NCBI GenBank assembly: GCA_963764165.1
Contig: CAVXRD010000002.1
Location: 864,001 to 928,000, forward strand
Direction: 5' to 3'
Origin: an uncultured Verrucomicrobiae bacterium
GTDB taxonomy: Bacteria > Verrucomicrobiota > Verrucomicrobiia > Limisphaerales > Palsa-1400
Length of the DNA: 64,000 bases
Positions within the stretch are counted from its first letter, which is position 1; every line of letters starts with the position of its first letter. Positions 47,254 to 59,680 of the stretch are shown here, piece by piece. Under the pieces are notes generated by a model. The model was given only the letters and a program-made list of their open reading frames with translations. It ran no database searches and was not told where the DNA came from. Both the position numbers and the translations under genes were made by a program.

Positions 47254-48495
47254 TCATATAACGGGCGATAGCTTCTGCGCCATGGCTTTGCCCGCGATCC
47301 CCCCTGTCGTCCAAGCCGCTTGGAAATTGAATCCGCCGGTGATGCCGTCGATATCCAGCAATTCTCCACCGAAATAAACGCCCGGGCAAACGCGGCTCTC
47401 CATCGTCTTGAAATTGACTTGGTTCAAGCTGACACCTCCGCACGTCACGAATTCATCCTGGTTCAATGTTTTGCCGGAGATATTTAGCTGGGTGTTTGCC
47501 AGTTGCTGGACGAGTTGATGGCGCGCCGAGCGTGAAAGATCCGCCCAGCGAGTCTCGCGATTCAAGCCGGACGCCAGCACCAGCCGCTCCCATAATCGCG
47601 CCGTCAGCGGGGCCACCGGCACGTTCACGACGAATCGCGCGGGATGAGCGGCGCGGCGGGCCTCTAAATGTTCCGCAATGCGTTCGTGATTCAATTTCGG
47701 GAGCCAGTTGATGTGCAGCGGAAACTGGTAATTGAGCTTGTGCAGCTCGCGCGCGCCCCAGGCAGAGAGCTTTAGAATCGCGGGCCCGCTCACTCCTGCG
47801 TGTGTGATTAATATCGGGCCGCTCTCGCGCAATCCAGCGGCGGGAATGCTCGCTTCCACGGGATCAATCGAGATGCCTGACAATTCCCGCAGCCAATCCT
47901 CTTTTGCGTGGAACGTGAAAAGCGAGGGCACCGGAGCTTCGAGCGCGTGTCCGAGCGACACAGCCAACTGTCCCGCTGCCGCCGACCGGCAGCCGCCAGT
48001 GGCGAGCATCAATTGCCCGCATGAAATCGTCTTTCCCCCAGCGAGCGTCAACGCGAACTTAGCGCCGTCCCGCGCCACCCTTTCAACACCGCTGTTCGCC
48101 AGCATTTCAACTCCCGCCGCGCGAGCCGATTGAGCAAGGCAGTCGATAATCGTTTGCGAAGAATCGGTGATGGGAAACATGCGCCCGTCCTCTTCGGTTT
48201 TCAGCCGAACGCCGCGCCCCTCGAACCACGCCACGGTGTCGCGCGGTTGAAAGGTGTGAAACGGCCCGCGCAGCGCCGATCCGCCGCGCGGATAACGGCG
48301 GCTCAATTCGCGCGGATCAAAACAGGCATGGGTGACATTGCAGCGCCCGCCGCCGGAGATGCGGACCTTGGCGAGGAAATGCGAACTTTTTTCGAGGACG
48401 GTAATACGCGCGCCGGGAGCGGCCTCAGCGCAGATAATAGCGGCAAACATCCCAGCCGCGCCGCCTCCCACAATCACAACATCACGTTCGCTCAT
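47254..48495 (-). CDS. HI0933/YhiN-family flavoprotein
   Basis: GGGAAG, ISGGGRCNVT, VTCGGV, DGITGGFNFQAAW. Confidence 0.95.
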   Translation of the reverse strand: MSERDVVIVGGGAAGMFAAIICAEAAPGARITVLEKSSHFLAKVRISGGGRCNVTHACFDPRELSRRYPRGGSALRGPFHTFQPRDTVAWFEGRGVRLKTEEDGRMFPITDSSQTIIDCLAQSARAAGVEMLANSGVERVARDGAKFALTLAGGKTISCGQLMLATGGCRSAAAGQLAVSLGHALEAPVPSLFTFHAKEDWLRELSGISIDPVEASIPAAGLRESGPILITHAGVSGPAILKLSAWGARELHKLNYQFPLHINWLPKLNHERIAEHLEARRAAHPARFVVNVPVAPLTARLWERLVLASGLNRETRWADLSRSARHQLVQQLANTQLNISGKTLNQDEFVTCGGVSLNQVNFKTMESRVCPGVYFGGELLDIDGITGGFNFQAAWTTGGIAGKAMAQKLSPVI

Positions 48496-48554
48496 TCGCG
48501 AGAACGCTACCGCATCGCAGGCCCAAAACGAAGCCGCTTTGACAGAATAAGCAT

Positions 48555-48666
48555 GGTAGGGCGAGGCTCTGCCGAGCCGTCCCATTATTCCCATGCCTCG
48601 CATGAAACTGGGAGTTATGGGACTAATGGGAGTAATGGGAAGGCTCGGCGGGAGCCTCGCCCTACC
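48555..48666. repeat. REPIN-like inverted GTAG-REP doublet
   Basis: GGTAGGGCGAGGCTCTGCCGAGCC ... GGCTCGGCGGGAGCCTCGCCCTACC. Confidence 0.8.
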
Positions 48667-48675
48667 GAGCTTCAA

Positions 48676-48906
48676 TTAAGGCCGCTTGCGAAAATACGCA
48701 AACAGCGCGGCCAATCCGCCAACCAGCGCCACCGCCCGGAGCACCCGCATGAGCGCGAGCACCCAGGCGAGGCCGATTCCGAGCGCAGCCCACTTCACCC
48801 ACCATTCGCCGTGATAAGTCATCGCGTTCACGATGAGCAGAAAAACCAAAATGACCGGGCCTTTGATCAGGAACCTTGCCGAGCGGAATGTTCTGCAAAA
48901 GAGCAT
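48676..48906 (-). CDS. Small membrane protein
   Basis: Two or three hydrophobic helices. Confidence 0.7.
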   Translation of the reverse strand: MLFCRTFRSARFLIKGPVILVFLLIVNAMTYHGEWWVKWAALGIGLAWVLALMRVLRAVALVGGLAALFAYFRKRP

Positions 48907-48934
48907 AATTTTGCCTTTCCGTATGAGTTGGTTG

Positions 48935-49891
48935 TTATCGTTGGTTTACAAGCGGTAGCAGGTCGCTGACGTTGACCTGCCGGGACTGTTGCAAAATGTC
49001 GCCGGAATACCGGCTTTGAAGGGATCGGCCGTTCGCGAGCATTTGCGAGAAGGCATCTTTTAGCTGACTGGTAGTGAGCGTGCGGCCGCTCGCATAATAC
49101 CGCCGCGCCACTTCGCCGAGCGCATAGGTGGAGGCAAACGCCATCGCAGACCCAGTCGCTTCGCCGATCAATCCGCCAATCAAGCCGCCCGCCAAATGGT
49201 GGGCAAATCCTCCTATGAGCTGGCGCGTGAAGCCTTCCAAAACCTGCGAGCTTAAACCGACGCCGACCGTCGCCAGAAAATCCTTCACGTGGCCGCCGTC
49301 CAATTCAAATCCGTACTCCTTGCCAATTCGATACACCAGTCGCATCTGCAACGGGACAATCGCCATCGTGGCCAGCGTGTGCGGCATGATCTCCAGCGCG
49401 CCGTTCAATATCGCAGCGTTCAAAATCATCTTGTCGATCTCCGTTTCACGATTCGCATTCACGCCCGCGCTGGCAGCGGGAGGAGCCCCGATCGGCGGCG
49501 CCGCTCCAAGGGATTCGGCAGTTTGCTGATGAACGGAAGTGGAGGCGCTGTCAAGGCGAAGGGCTTGATGCAAATCCGCGAGAAATTTCTTTTCGGCGTC
49601 CGTGGCGACTCCATCGGCGTCGCAAACGCACACGGCCATTTCGTAGGCCAGCGCCCGGCCTTGCAGCGATTGGATTTGACTCGCGGCCGCGGCCAGCGTG
49701 AGGTTGCCGCTGAGGACGTTTTGATAGACTGGCGCGGGGTCGAGCGCTTCGCCAGAGAATCCCTTGGCGATTTGCAGGATGCGGGCGCGTTCACTTTCCA
49801 CCTGCACGCCATCCGCAAACGCCGCCAAAATACAGACAGCGAGAACCGCCCGGCGTTCCTGCTGATCAATCGGAGAAATTGTATTTGTCAT
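48935..49891 (-). CDS. TerB-like plus YcjF/DUF697-like protein
   Basis: AAFADG..ER; VCDADG..EKKFL; IVPLQMRLVYRIGKEYG. Confidence 0.8.
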   Translation of the reverse strand: MTNTISPIDQQERRAVLAVCILAAFADGVQVESERARILQIAKGFSGEALDPAPVYQNVLSGNLTLAAAASQIQSLQGRALAYEMAVCVCDADGVATDAEKKFLADLHQALRLDSASTSVHQQTAESLGAAPPIGAPPAASAGVNANRETEIDKMILNAAILNGALEIMPHTLATMAIVPLQMRLVYRIGKEYGFELDGGHVKDFLATVGVGLSSQVLEGFTRQLIGGFAHHLAGGLIGGLIGEATGSAMAFASTYALGEVARRYYASGRTLTTSQLKDAFSQMLANGRSLQSRYSGDILQQSRQVNVSDLLPLVNQR

Positions 49892-50044
49892 GGGCAGACT
49901 ATGATGCAATCCAAGTTTGTCATCTATTCCAAAGGGAAGGGAGTTTTGTAATGTGCCAAAGGATCCAAAAGGCGGCGGCTGGCTGAAACAAAATTGCATT
50001 CTGGACCGGGTGAGGGAAATTCCTGACAATGGAAGTTCTGTATA

Positions 50045-50259
50045 TGAAGAAAAAGGGCCAGGTGACCATTCCCAGCGCGGTGCAAGCGCGGCGGAACCTC
50101 GGTTACAAGTCCACCTTGGTGTTTTTGGAAAGCGCCAGTGGCGACATGATTTTGCGTCCGTCGAAGGCCAACCCGGAGCTTGATCTTGTGGATCATCTGC
50201 GCCGTTTCAAAATGCTGGAAATTCCGGAACGCCAGCACCAGGCGCCCCCGCGCACATGA
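50045..50259 (+). CDS. Orphan AbrB-fold DNA-binding protein/antitoxin
   Basis: KGQVTIP..RRNLG..MILRP; no adjacent toxin. Confidence 0.65.
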
Positions 50260-50270
50260 ATTTCGGCGGA

Positions 50271-50365
50271 GCGCGGCTGTGTCGAAGACCAGCCGCAGCA
50301 ACGTGGAATTGACCGACGCGCCTGGAGGGTCAACGCGCTGCGGCTGGTCTTCGACACAGCCGCGC
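50271..50365. repeat. Long inverted repeat (REP-like)
   Basis: Perfect 29-bp arms GCGCGGCTGTGTCGAAGACCAGCCGCAGC. Confidence 0.85.
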
Positions 50366-50425
50366 CTAACGGGCAGCGACCCTCACCCACTTCTAATCAC
50401 ACCCCATTAGAATGGCTCGGCAGAA

Positions 50426-51100
50426 TCAGCTCGCTTTGCGCAGGGACTTGGCTAACTCACTCTTTCGCACAAGCGGTTCGACCAGTTTCCAAATCGATTC
50501 CGTCACAGCTTCGCGCGTTGCCGTGGCGTCGACGGTGCGGACGCGTTGTGGTTCATCGATAGCCAATTGCTTGTAGCCTTTTTCGACGCGCTCGAAAAAG
50601 CTGCGATCCGCTTCTTCCATGCGGTCGCGAATGACTTCCAAGCCGGGCAGCATCCGCGCTTTGCGCCGGTCTTCGCTCAGCTGAACGGGCACCATCAGCA
50701 ACAGGGTCAAATCCGGCTTTGTTTCGCCGACGGCGCACTCGACAATCGCGCGGACGATTTTCAAATCCAACCCGCGCCCGTGCCCCTGATAGGCGATGGT
50801 GGAATCGTAGAACCGATCTGTCAGTACCGATTTCACCAGCGGCCAGCGCGGGGCGGATCAATTCGCGGACCAATTGGGCGCGGCTGGCGTTCATGAGCAG
50901 CAACTCCGTTTCCGGCATCATGGCGTGATTGACGTTGCTGTGCTTCAGCGTGTGCCGGATTTCTTCGCCAATGTCCGTGCCGCCGGGTTCGCGAAATCTC
51001 CGAACCACGCAGCCTTCCTCTTGCAGGCGTTCGGCCAGGATTCCGATTTGGGTGGATTTTCCGCTGCCTTCCGTGCCCTCGAAGCTGATGAAAAGGCCGC

Positions 51101-51104
<4 letters not shown>
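50426..51104 (-). CDS. tmk: Thymidylate kinase with an apparent 1-nt insertion near 50828
   Basis: FEGTEGSGKST, REPGGT; removing one G restores GEIVLTDRFYDSTIAYQG. Confidence 0.9.
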
Positions 51105-52516
<1,412 letters not shown>

Positions 52517-52617
52517 TGGACGGCTATCTAATCCCTTGCTCGAAATTATTTCAATCCCCATTCGCGGCAGGTTGTGAAACGGGTGTAAGACAAAATTCTT
52601 CATTCCGCGTTGCCGCC

Positions 52618-52784
52618 AAGCGCCGTAGGCGCGGCACCGTTGCAGAAATGATGCCAAAAGATTTTCAAGCTCCGTCAGGAGCGGCGCCTGCCCCGCACGA
52701 GTGCTTGCCTCCAGTGCCGCTCCTGACGGAGCTCGAGAATGTTTTCGGATGCTTTTCTACAACGGTGCCGCGCCTACGGCGCTT
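52618..52784. repeat. Nested inverted repeats (REPIN-like)
   Basis: 31-bp outer arms with one mismatch; 18-bp inner arms AGCTCCGTCAGGAGCGGC. Confidence 0.85.
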
Positions 52785-53005
52785 CGGAGGTTCCGAGATT
52801 TTCCCGCGCGCCCGGCACTTCTTCCAGCGCATCTTCAATGCCTGGATACTCTGGCGAGGGAAATATGCTTAATGAAGAATCTGGTATCATCCCCTAGTGA
52901 AACAAGTTCTTCGTTTGCTTCGTTTCCTTGTTGTAGAAAGTTTCATGCAGTCTATTTTTTGGAAGAAAAGGCGGCGCGTGCCGAACCGGATCAGGGCCGC
53001 GAGCC

Positions 53006-53098
53006 CGAAAATGTTGCCGGTTGTTGCCACCTTGTTGCCATTTTTGTTGCCACTTAAATGCCTTATAATCAACAGTGTAACGGATGTTGCCACTTTTT
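53006..53098. repeat. Dispersed ~95-bp element, copy 2
   Basis: TGTTGCC at 53012, 53022, 53033, 53045 and 53085; homologous to 15475-15570. Confidence 0.7.
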
Positions 53099-53265
53099 GG
53101 AGATTATAGCATATTGCGCATTCGATGGCGCTTCACACGGACCTTGCAATGTCTTTTTCGCCTCAGAAGAAAACTTGCGCAGCGGCACTTCTGCGTCTAA
53201 CTATCTTAAAGCCGGATAAGGCTCACCTCTTGTTTGGCCGGACAGAACAATTGTCTATTTGACGC

Positions 53266-53736
53266 ATGAGCGAGCCTTACGAAGAAATTGTGCATGGGGA
53301 GACGGTGATGCGTTCACCGCCCGGTATGCGCCACGAAAAAATCTGCGCCCGGCTCCACGCCCGAATGGCCCGGGGCCTGGCCAATACCAGCGTCACCCGA
53401 TTGCTTTCCCCACGCTCCATCGTGCAGATGTCGGCGGGAACGATGGTCCGGCCCGATCTCGCGCTGGTAACCGCGGCGACTGGAAAATTGTGGCTGGCGG
53501 TGGAGGTCATCGATTCGGAAGACCATCACGTTGACACGGTTCTGAAAAAATCGATTTACGAGGACTCCAGCCTGCCGCGCCTTTGGATGGTGGATCCACG
53601 CTACGACAACGTGGAGCTTTACCACGGGATGCAATATGGTCTGGCATTGCGCGGAATTCTGGCGGGCAAAGAAAAACTGGTGGAAGCGTTGATACCGGAG
53701 TTCGACATTGTGATTGCTGAGTTATTCGATGTTTGA
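53266..53736 (+). CDS. Uma2-family endonuclease
   Basis: SPPGMRH, VRPDL, LAVEVI, KKSIY, WMVDP. Confidence 0.85.
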   Translation: MSEPYEEIVHGETVMRSPPGMRHEKICARLHARMARGLANTSVTRLLSPRSIVQMSAGTMVRPDLALVTAATGKLWLAVEVIDSEDHHVDTVLKKSIYEDSSLPRLWMVDPRYDNVELYHGMQYGLALRGILAGKEKLVEALIPEFDIVIAELFDV

Positions 53737-53739
53737 CGT

Positions 53740-54984
53740 ATGCGACGCGCGATGATTTTGCTTTTCCTTCTATGCTGTTTCGCCGCCTCCGGGCTGCGCG
53801 CTGCGGATTGGCCGCAATTTCTTGGGCCCACCCGCAATGGCGTTTATCCCGGATCGCTCACCAACACATGGCCGAAAGACGGACCGCCGGCTGTTTGGAA
53901 GAAATCGGTCGGCCACGGTTTCAGCGGACCGGTTGTTGCAGGCGGGAATTTGATTCTTTTCCAACGAATTGATGACAAGGAATTGATCGATTGCATGGAT
54001 GCGCGAACCGGAAATCCGAAATGGAGCAAATCCTACGCAACTTCTTACCGCGACGACTTCGGATTCGACGATGGACCACGCGCCACTCCCTGCATCGCGG
54101 GCGGCAAGATATATACGTACGGCGCGGAGGGAATGTTGAGCTGCCTTGATCTCGCGGACGGAAAAATCATCTGGCAAAGCGATACAAAAAAGCAGTTTCA
54201 CCAATCGAAAGGATTTTTCGGAGCCGCTTGCTCGCCGTTGGTGGAAGGGCGCGCGGTCCTGATGAACATTGGCGGCGAGGATGGTGCGGGCATCGTAGCC
54301 TTTGACGCCGCGACTGGAACCGTGCTTTGGAAAACCAGCCATGATGAAGCCGGATATTCGTCACCCATCGCCGCCACCGTCGAAAACCATCGTTGCGCGC
54401 TTTTCTTCACGCGGGCCGGATTGGTAGGGCTGGCCCCGGGCGACGGAAAAATCCAATTCGATTACCATTGGCGCTCAATGATGAATGCCTCCGTCAACGC
54501 CGCCACTCCGCTGGTTGTCGACGACATGATTTTTCTCTCCGCTTGTTATGGAACCGGCGCAATTCTGCTGCGCGTCCACGACAACAAATTGGAAAAAATC
54601 TGGTCGGGCGACGACCTGCTTTCGAACCATTACGCCACCAGTATTTACGCCGACGGATTTCTTTACGGCATCAACGGACGAGCTGACCCCGGTTTCAGCC
54701 CTTCGCCGAGCCTGCGCTGCGTCGAGTTCAAGACAGGAAAAGTGCGTTGGGACGAGAGTTCAGTGGGCGCAGGGACGGTGGTGTTGGCCGGCTCTAATTT
54801 GCTAATCCTAACCGAGGGAGGCGAATTGATCCGCGCCGCCACCGCTCCCGACGCATTCAAGTCTTCCGACCGCGCCCAAGTGATGCCGAATGGTGTTCGC
54901 GCTTATCCGGCACTCGCGGACGGCTTTCTCTACGCGCGCAGCACGGACAAACTCTACTGCGTCGACCTCGGTTCCAAGAAATAA
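53740..54984 (+). CDS. PQQ-like beta-propeller protein
   Basis: Signal peptide, DWPQFLGPTRNG, GPRATP, YSSP. Confidence 0.9.
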   Translation: MRRAMILLFLLCCFAASGLRAADWPQFLGPTRNGVYPGSLTNTWPKDGPPAVWKKSVGHGFSGPVVAGGNLILFQRIDDKELIDCMDARTGNPKWSKSYATSYRDDFGFDDGPRATPCIAGGKIYTYGAEGMLSCLDLADGKIIWQSDTKKQFHQSKGFFGAACSPLVEGRAVLMNIGGEDGAGIVAFDAATGTVLWKTSHDEAGYSSPIAATVENHRCALFFTRAGLVGLAPGDGKIQFDYHWRSMMNASVNAATPLVVDDMIFLSACYGTGAILLRVHDNKLEKIWSGDDLLSNHYATSIYADGFLYGINGRADPGFSPSPSLRCVEFKTGKVRWDESSVGAGTVVLAGSNLLILTEGGELIRAATAPDAFKSSDRAQVMPNGVRAYPALADGFLYARSTDKLYCVDLGSKK

Positions 54985-55034
54985 TTTCGTTCGTTGGACA
55001 GTCTTTGTCCAACCCCGTCCGTTAGTGTTCTCGC

Positions 55035-55229
55035 ATGAATACGAACACGAATGGACAATCCGAAATCAAAAACAAAAAACAAAAAGTCATCGCCCGCTTC
55101 GGTGGCGCTGCCCTCATTCGCGGCCAAAATGGAATTTGGCAGTTACAGGGCGGCTCGAAAGATGACAAAGTTTCCGCCCAGGAATGGGCCAGCCTCTTCC
55201 AGCATGAGGCGGTGTTTCAGTTCAATTGA
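55035..55229 (+). CDS. Small hypothetical protein
   Basis: IARFGGA.L..GGS.DD..AQEWASLFQHE. Confidence 0.55.
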   Translation: MNTNTNGQSEIKNKKQKVIARFGGAALIRGQNGIWQLQGGSKDDKVSAQEWASLFQHEAVFQFN

Positions 55230-55323
55230 TTTTCTTCGCCACGCTAAAAAGTAAACTCGTCCTCCGCCACGCGCACGGATCGGCCCCGCTTCCGATTCGT
55301 GCGCGAATTTATTTCATGGGACT

Positions 55324-55641
55324 CTACGGGACGGCGCCGTGAATGGAGCACAATGTTTTGTCTCCAATGCGGCCTAACGAAATTTTCCCGCCAGAGGGAC
55401 ACGTCGGCAAATCACCGTTCGGCCCTTTTCCAAGGTATGGGCGCAAATCATCCATAGTCACTTCGTTCGTCAGCTTTTTACCATTCTCGTCAGCCCATTG
55501 CTTTTTCGACGTGTCATAGAGCCGAAGATTATTCAAGCACGCGTAGGAATAGTCATGCGGCGGCAGCCTGCCCTGCCGTGAGCAGGAAACGCAGAGGATG
55601 GCGCTTGCCAAAATTACCAAGAATGCGGCACTCGGCTTCAT
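55324..55641 (-). CDS. Small exported/lipoprotein with a pilin-like C-terminus
   Basis: Lipobox-like CVSC; ACLNNLR..KKQWA..PTCPSGG..CSIHG. Confidence 0.7.
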   Translation of the reverse strand: MKPSAAFLVILASAILCVSCSRQGRLPPHDYSYACLNNLRLYDTSKKQWADENGKKLTNEVTMDDLRPYLGKGPNGDLPTCPSGGKISLGRIGDKTLCSIHGAVP

Positions 55642-55803
55642 GGTGGTAAAACAATACCGACGTTATCGCGCGTGTTCAAGAAAGTAACGCAAACTGCGTT
55701 CGCAAAAAATATTTTCATTTGTTTCGCGATTCGCATTGAACCGCGGCGCGGAGAATTTCAATATCGGCGTTGGCGCGCTATCCAGCCGCCATTCACAAAT
55801 GCC

Positions 55804-57093
55804 ATGAGCGCGAAGAACGAACGATTTCACGTGGTCGGCGGAGCGGTTGTTTCCGGCGAAATCACGCCGCAGGGAAATAAAAACGAAGCGCTGCCCGTCT
55901 GCGCCGCCGCCTGCCTGACCGATCAACCAGTGACGATTGATAATCTTCCCACCATCGAAGATGTCACCATCATGCAGCAGATTCTGCGCAAGCTGGGCGT
56001 GAGCGTCGAGGTGACCGGAAATTCGGCCACGATTTGCGCGGCGAATAATCCGAAGTCCGATCTGCCGGCGAAACTTTGCGCGCAACTGCGCGGCTCCGTA
56101 ACGCTGGCCGGTCCAATTTTGGCGCGCAGCGGCCGCGTGTTTCTGCCCAAGCCAGGCGGCGACCGCATCGGACGCCGGCGCCTCGATACGCATGTTCTCG
56201 CGTTGCAAGCGCTCGGAGCCCAGGTGGAAACGCGCCCGGACGGATTCGAGTTGAAGGCAAGCAAACTCCGCGGGGCCGACGTTCTGCTTGACGAAGCTTC
56301 GGTGACCGCGACGGAAAATGCGGTTTGCGCCGCCTCGCTGGCCGAGGGTCAGACGATTTTGCGCAACGCCGCTTGCGAACCGCACGTCCAAGGTTTGTGC
56401 CGGATGCTGGTGCAGATGGGCGCGAAGATCGAAGGCATCGGGTCAAACATTTTATACATCCAGGGCGTTGATCGCTTGCATGGGACACGGCACAAAGTCG
56501 GGCCGGATTATTTGGAAGTTGGCAGTTTCATTTCCGTCGCGGCGGTGACCGGCGGAAAATTGCTTATCAAGGATGTCTGCCACGACGACAACCGGATGCT
56601 GCTGCAAATTTACAATCGCCTCGGCATCGAAGTGGTCGCACAAGGCAATGACCTGCTCGTACCCTCCGGGCAATCGATGAAAATCACCCACGATCTCGGC
56701 GGAGCGGTTCCAAAAATTGACGACGCGCCGTGGCCAGGTTTCCCGGCGGACTTGACGTCTATCGCGCTTGTAACGGCCACCCAATGCGCAGGCACGATTT
56801 TGATCCACGAGAAAATGTATGAATCACGCCTGTTCTTCGTGGACAATTTGATTGCGATGGGCGCGCAAATCATTTTGTGCGATCCGCATCGGGCCGTCGT
56901 GATCGGCCCCGCGAAATTGCGTGGCTCCACGCTCACCAGTCCCGACATTCGCGCCGGCATGACGATGCTAATTGCCGCGCTTTGCGCCGAGGGCGAATCG
57001 ACAATTCACAACATCCGGCAGATCGATCGCGGCTTCGAGCGCATCGACCAGCGGCTCAATGCGCTGGGCGCGAAGATTCAGCGGCTGGATTAA
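55804..57093 (+). CDS. murA: UDP-N-acetylglucosamine 1-carboxyvinyltransferase
   Basis: [41 protein letters not shown]. Confidence 0.95.
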   Translation: MSAKNERFHVVGGAVVSGEITPQGNKNEALPVCAAACLTDQPVTIDNLPTIEDVTIMQQILRKLGVSVEVTGNSATICAANNPKSDLPAKLCAQLRGSVTLAGPILARSGRVFLPKPGGDRIGRRRLDTHVLALQALGAQVETRPDGFELKASKLRGADVLLDEASVTATENAVCAASLAEGQTILRNAACEPHVQGLCRMLVQMGAKIEGIGSNILYIQGVDRLHGTRHKVGPDYLEVGSFISVAAVTGGKLLIKDVCHDDNRMLLQIYNRLGIEVVAQGNDLLVPSGQSMKITHDLGGAVPKIDDAPWPGFPADLTSIALVTATQCAGTILIHEKMYESRLFFVDNLIAMGAQIILCDPHRAVVIGPAKLRGSTLTSPDIRAGMTMLIAALCAEGESTIHNIRQIDRGFERIDQRLNALGAKIQRLD

Positions 57094-59210
57094 TGCACCG
57101 GATCGAGCGCGGATTTTCGCGCCACAATCGTGGTGTCGTCCACTGCGCCCGCTGTTTTGTCCGCGAGGTGCTCATCCAAAACGAGCACCCCGTGCGGCGG
57201 GATGTCGTAATTGCCGCTGAACGTTCGCTCGGTCAGGAAATCGTGCATCGGCTTGTAAAACGTGATGCGCACCGGGGTGTTTTGGTGATTGAGCAGGAAG
57301 AAAATGCGCGTCCCCTCCTTTTGCCGCATGCTCACTTCCACGGAATCCGGAACCTTCAACAACGAACCCAGCAGGCACAAATTTCTCAGCCAACTCACCA
57401 GATCGTAATAGAAATATTGCTGCGAGACCGTCCCGACGTAAATAGCCTTGCCAAGGCCAAATTCATTCAGGGTCAGCGCGGGTTTGCCCGAGTAAAAATC
57501 CTTCGTGAATGTCGAAAGAATCTGGCAGCCGTTCGCCTCGATGACATCGCACCACAAACGCGCCGTATGCAGATGGCTCGTTGCGAACCCGCCCTTGAAC
57601 GCGAGATGATTTTCCTCGTCGGGCGCCAGCGGATCGAATTCGACGACCTCCAAGCCGAACAAATCCGTCAGATCGTGCGGATATCCTGTGTCGGCGGCAA
57701 TGTGATGCTCGTCGACGAGACCGGTATTGCACGTCGCCACCAGCGTGCCGCCGTTTTGCACATACAATTTCAGCGCGTCGGCTTCGCAGCCCGCCAGCAA
57801 GCTCATCGACGGTGCGATGACAAGCTTGTACTTGGACAGATTTTCGCTGGGGCGCGCAAAATCGACCGGGATGTTGCGGTCATGCAGCGCGGTGTAAAAA
57901 AGCTGGACGTGGTCGCGCAGCGAAAAATGCTTGTTTGGCTGGCGCGGCAAACCCATCGACCAGGCATTTTCGTGGGTGTAAAGAATTGCGACTTCGGGCT
58001 GGACGGTTGTTCTCTCCAGGGCGGGAGCCAGGCGCTTGATCTCCTGCCCAATTTCGCTGATTTCCTTGTACATGCGGTTGTCCCCGCGCCCGTTATGCGA
58101 AAGGATGCCGCCGTAGAATTTCTCCTGGCCCATGCGCGGCTGCCGCCAGTAAAAATAGAGCATTCCGTTCGCGCCGCGCGAAAGCGCCTGATAGGTGAAC
58201 AGCCGCACCACACCCGGACGCACCACAGAATTCACGTCCTGCCAATTCACCTGCCCCGCCTTCTGCTCGATGCCCCAAAAACCACTCGAGGCGCCCGGCA
58301 TATTGACGTTTTCCTTTTTCAACGAGCGCAAGAAATCCAATTCACAGGCATTTTCGGCGGACTTGGATTTGATGGTGGCGGCGCTTGTCAGCGACACAAA
58401 ATCAAGAACGTCAGCCACGTCAAATAAATCCAGATTCTGACCAAAGGCGCGCATGTTCGTGGTGACGGGAATATTGGGAGAAAGCTCCTTCAGCAATTCC
58501 GTCTGCATCCGCACGAAAGCGACCACGGTATCGCTGCAAAAGCGATGCCAGTCCATCAGCAGCGCCGGATTGTGCGGGGCCGGAGCGGGGCGCGGCATCG
58601 GGATGTGCGACCAATCATCAACAGTCTGGCCCCAAAAACGGCAGCCCATCATGTTGTTGAGGTTGTCGATGGTTTTGTATTTGGCCTCCAGCCACAGGTG
58701 CCAGTCGCGTTCGGTTTCCTGGTTGAAACACGGCTGAAGTGAATGCGCACCGATGTTATTATCAATTTGCCAGGCAATCAGTTGCGAATGTTTGCCCAGT
58801 GCCTCGCCCAGCGCCCGAATAATCCGTCGCGAGTAGTCCCAATAGAGGTCACTGTTCAAGCAGCATGAGTGGCGGGTTCCGTTGCAAAGCGGATGGCCGC
58901 GCTCGTCAGTCGGCAGGATTTCCGGATGTTTTTTTGTCAACCAAACGGGCGGCGCGGCGGTCGGCGTGGCGAGGACGACTTTGATGTTTTCCTCGCGCAT
59001 CAAATCCATCACGCGCTTCAGCCAGGAAAAATCGAATTCACCGTCGCGCGGTTCGCAGAGGCCCCAGACAAATTCCCCCATTCGTGCCACGTTCATCCCG
59101 GCAGTCACCATGAGGGCAACGTCTTCTCGCCAGCGGGATTCGGGATTTTCCGCTGTCCCGGCGAACGGATGGACCCAATGTTCAGGGTGGTAATCGGCTC
59201 CGAAATACAT
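57090..59210 (-). CDS. GH42 beta-galactosidase-like protein
   Basis: [35 protein letters not shown]. Confidence 0.9.
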   Translation of the reverse strand: MYFGADYHPEHWVHPFAGTAENPESRWREDVALMVTAGMNVARMGEFVWGLCEPRDGEFDFSWLKRVMDLMREENIKVVLATPTAAPPVWLTKKHPEILPTDERGHPLCNGTRHSCCLNSDLYWDYSRRIIRALGEALGKHSQLIAWQIDNNIGAHSLQPCFNQETERDWHLWLEAKYKTIDNLNNMMGCRFWGQTVDDWSHIPMPRPAPAPHNPALLMDWHRFCSDTVVAFVRMQTELLKELSPNIPVTTNMRAFGQNLDLFDVADVLDFVSLTSAATIKSKSAENACELDFLRSLKKENVNMPGASSGFWGIEQKAGQVNWQDVNSVVRPGVVRLFTYQALSRGANGMLYFYWRQPRMGQEKFYGGILSHNGRGDNRMYKEISEIGQEIKRLAPALERTTVQPEVAILYTHENAWSMGLPRQPNKHFSLRDHVQLFYTALHDRNIPVDFARPSENLSKYKLVIAPSMSLLAGCEADALKLYVQNGGTLVATCNTGLVDEHHIAADTGYPHDLTDLFGLEVVEFDPLAPDEENHLAFKGGFATSHLHTARLWCDVIEANGCQILSTFTKDFYSGKPALTLNEFGLGKAIYVGTVSQQYFYYDLVSWLRNLCLLGSLLKVPDSVEVSMRQKEGTRIFFLLNHQNTPVRITFYKPMHDFLTERTFSGNYDIPPHGVLVLDEHLADKTAGAVDDTTIVARKSALDPVH

Positions 59211-59378
59211 AAGCGATTCCTCTGGTTAAAAGCATCACCGACTGAGACGACTGGATTATACCATATCCACCCCAATGCTGGCAAATGAAATTGACAAGAA
59301 CAAAGTTTTTGACATTACCCGAGGCCCGAACGCTCAATCCATTTGGCAAGCCCTGTGGAAAGGCGTAGTTTTGCGGGC

Positions 59379-59678
59379 ATGAGTGCAACTCGACATTGCC
59401 ATCGGTGCGGCTGGGAATGGAATCTGGCCGGACAGCCGGGCCGCGGCGATTCGTGCCACCGCTGCAGCGCGGATCTGAAAGTTTGCTTGAATTGCGTCAG
59501 CTACGACGCGCGGGTGGCCCATCAGTGCAGGGATCGCCGGGCGGATCCGGTTCAGGAGAAAGCGGTGGCGAATTTCTGCGAGTATTTCGAGATGGCACGC
59601 CGCGAATTTGCCGCGAAAGGCGCAAGCCCGCGCGAAAGCTCAGCACGCGATCAATTGAAAAAGCTGTTCGGCGATTGA
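59379..59678 (+). CDS. Cys-rich small protein (zinc-binding)
   Basis: CHRC..CHRC..CLNC..C..NFCEYF. Confidence 0.8.
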   Translation: MSATRHCHRCGWEWNLAGQPGRGDSCHRCSADLKVCLNCVSYDARVAHQCRDRRADPVQEKAVANFCEYFEMARREFAAKGASPRESSARDQLKKLFGD

Positions 59679-59680
59679 GG

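Noticed and set aside
50820..50835. Programmed frameshift in tmk
   Set aside because: No slippery heptamer or stimulatory structure; a sequencing indel is simpler
56877..58427. 516-aa + strand ORF
   Set aside because: Antisense shadow of the GH42 gene, with no motifs
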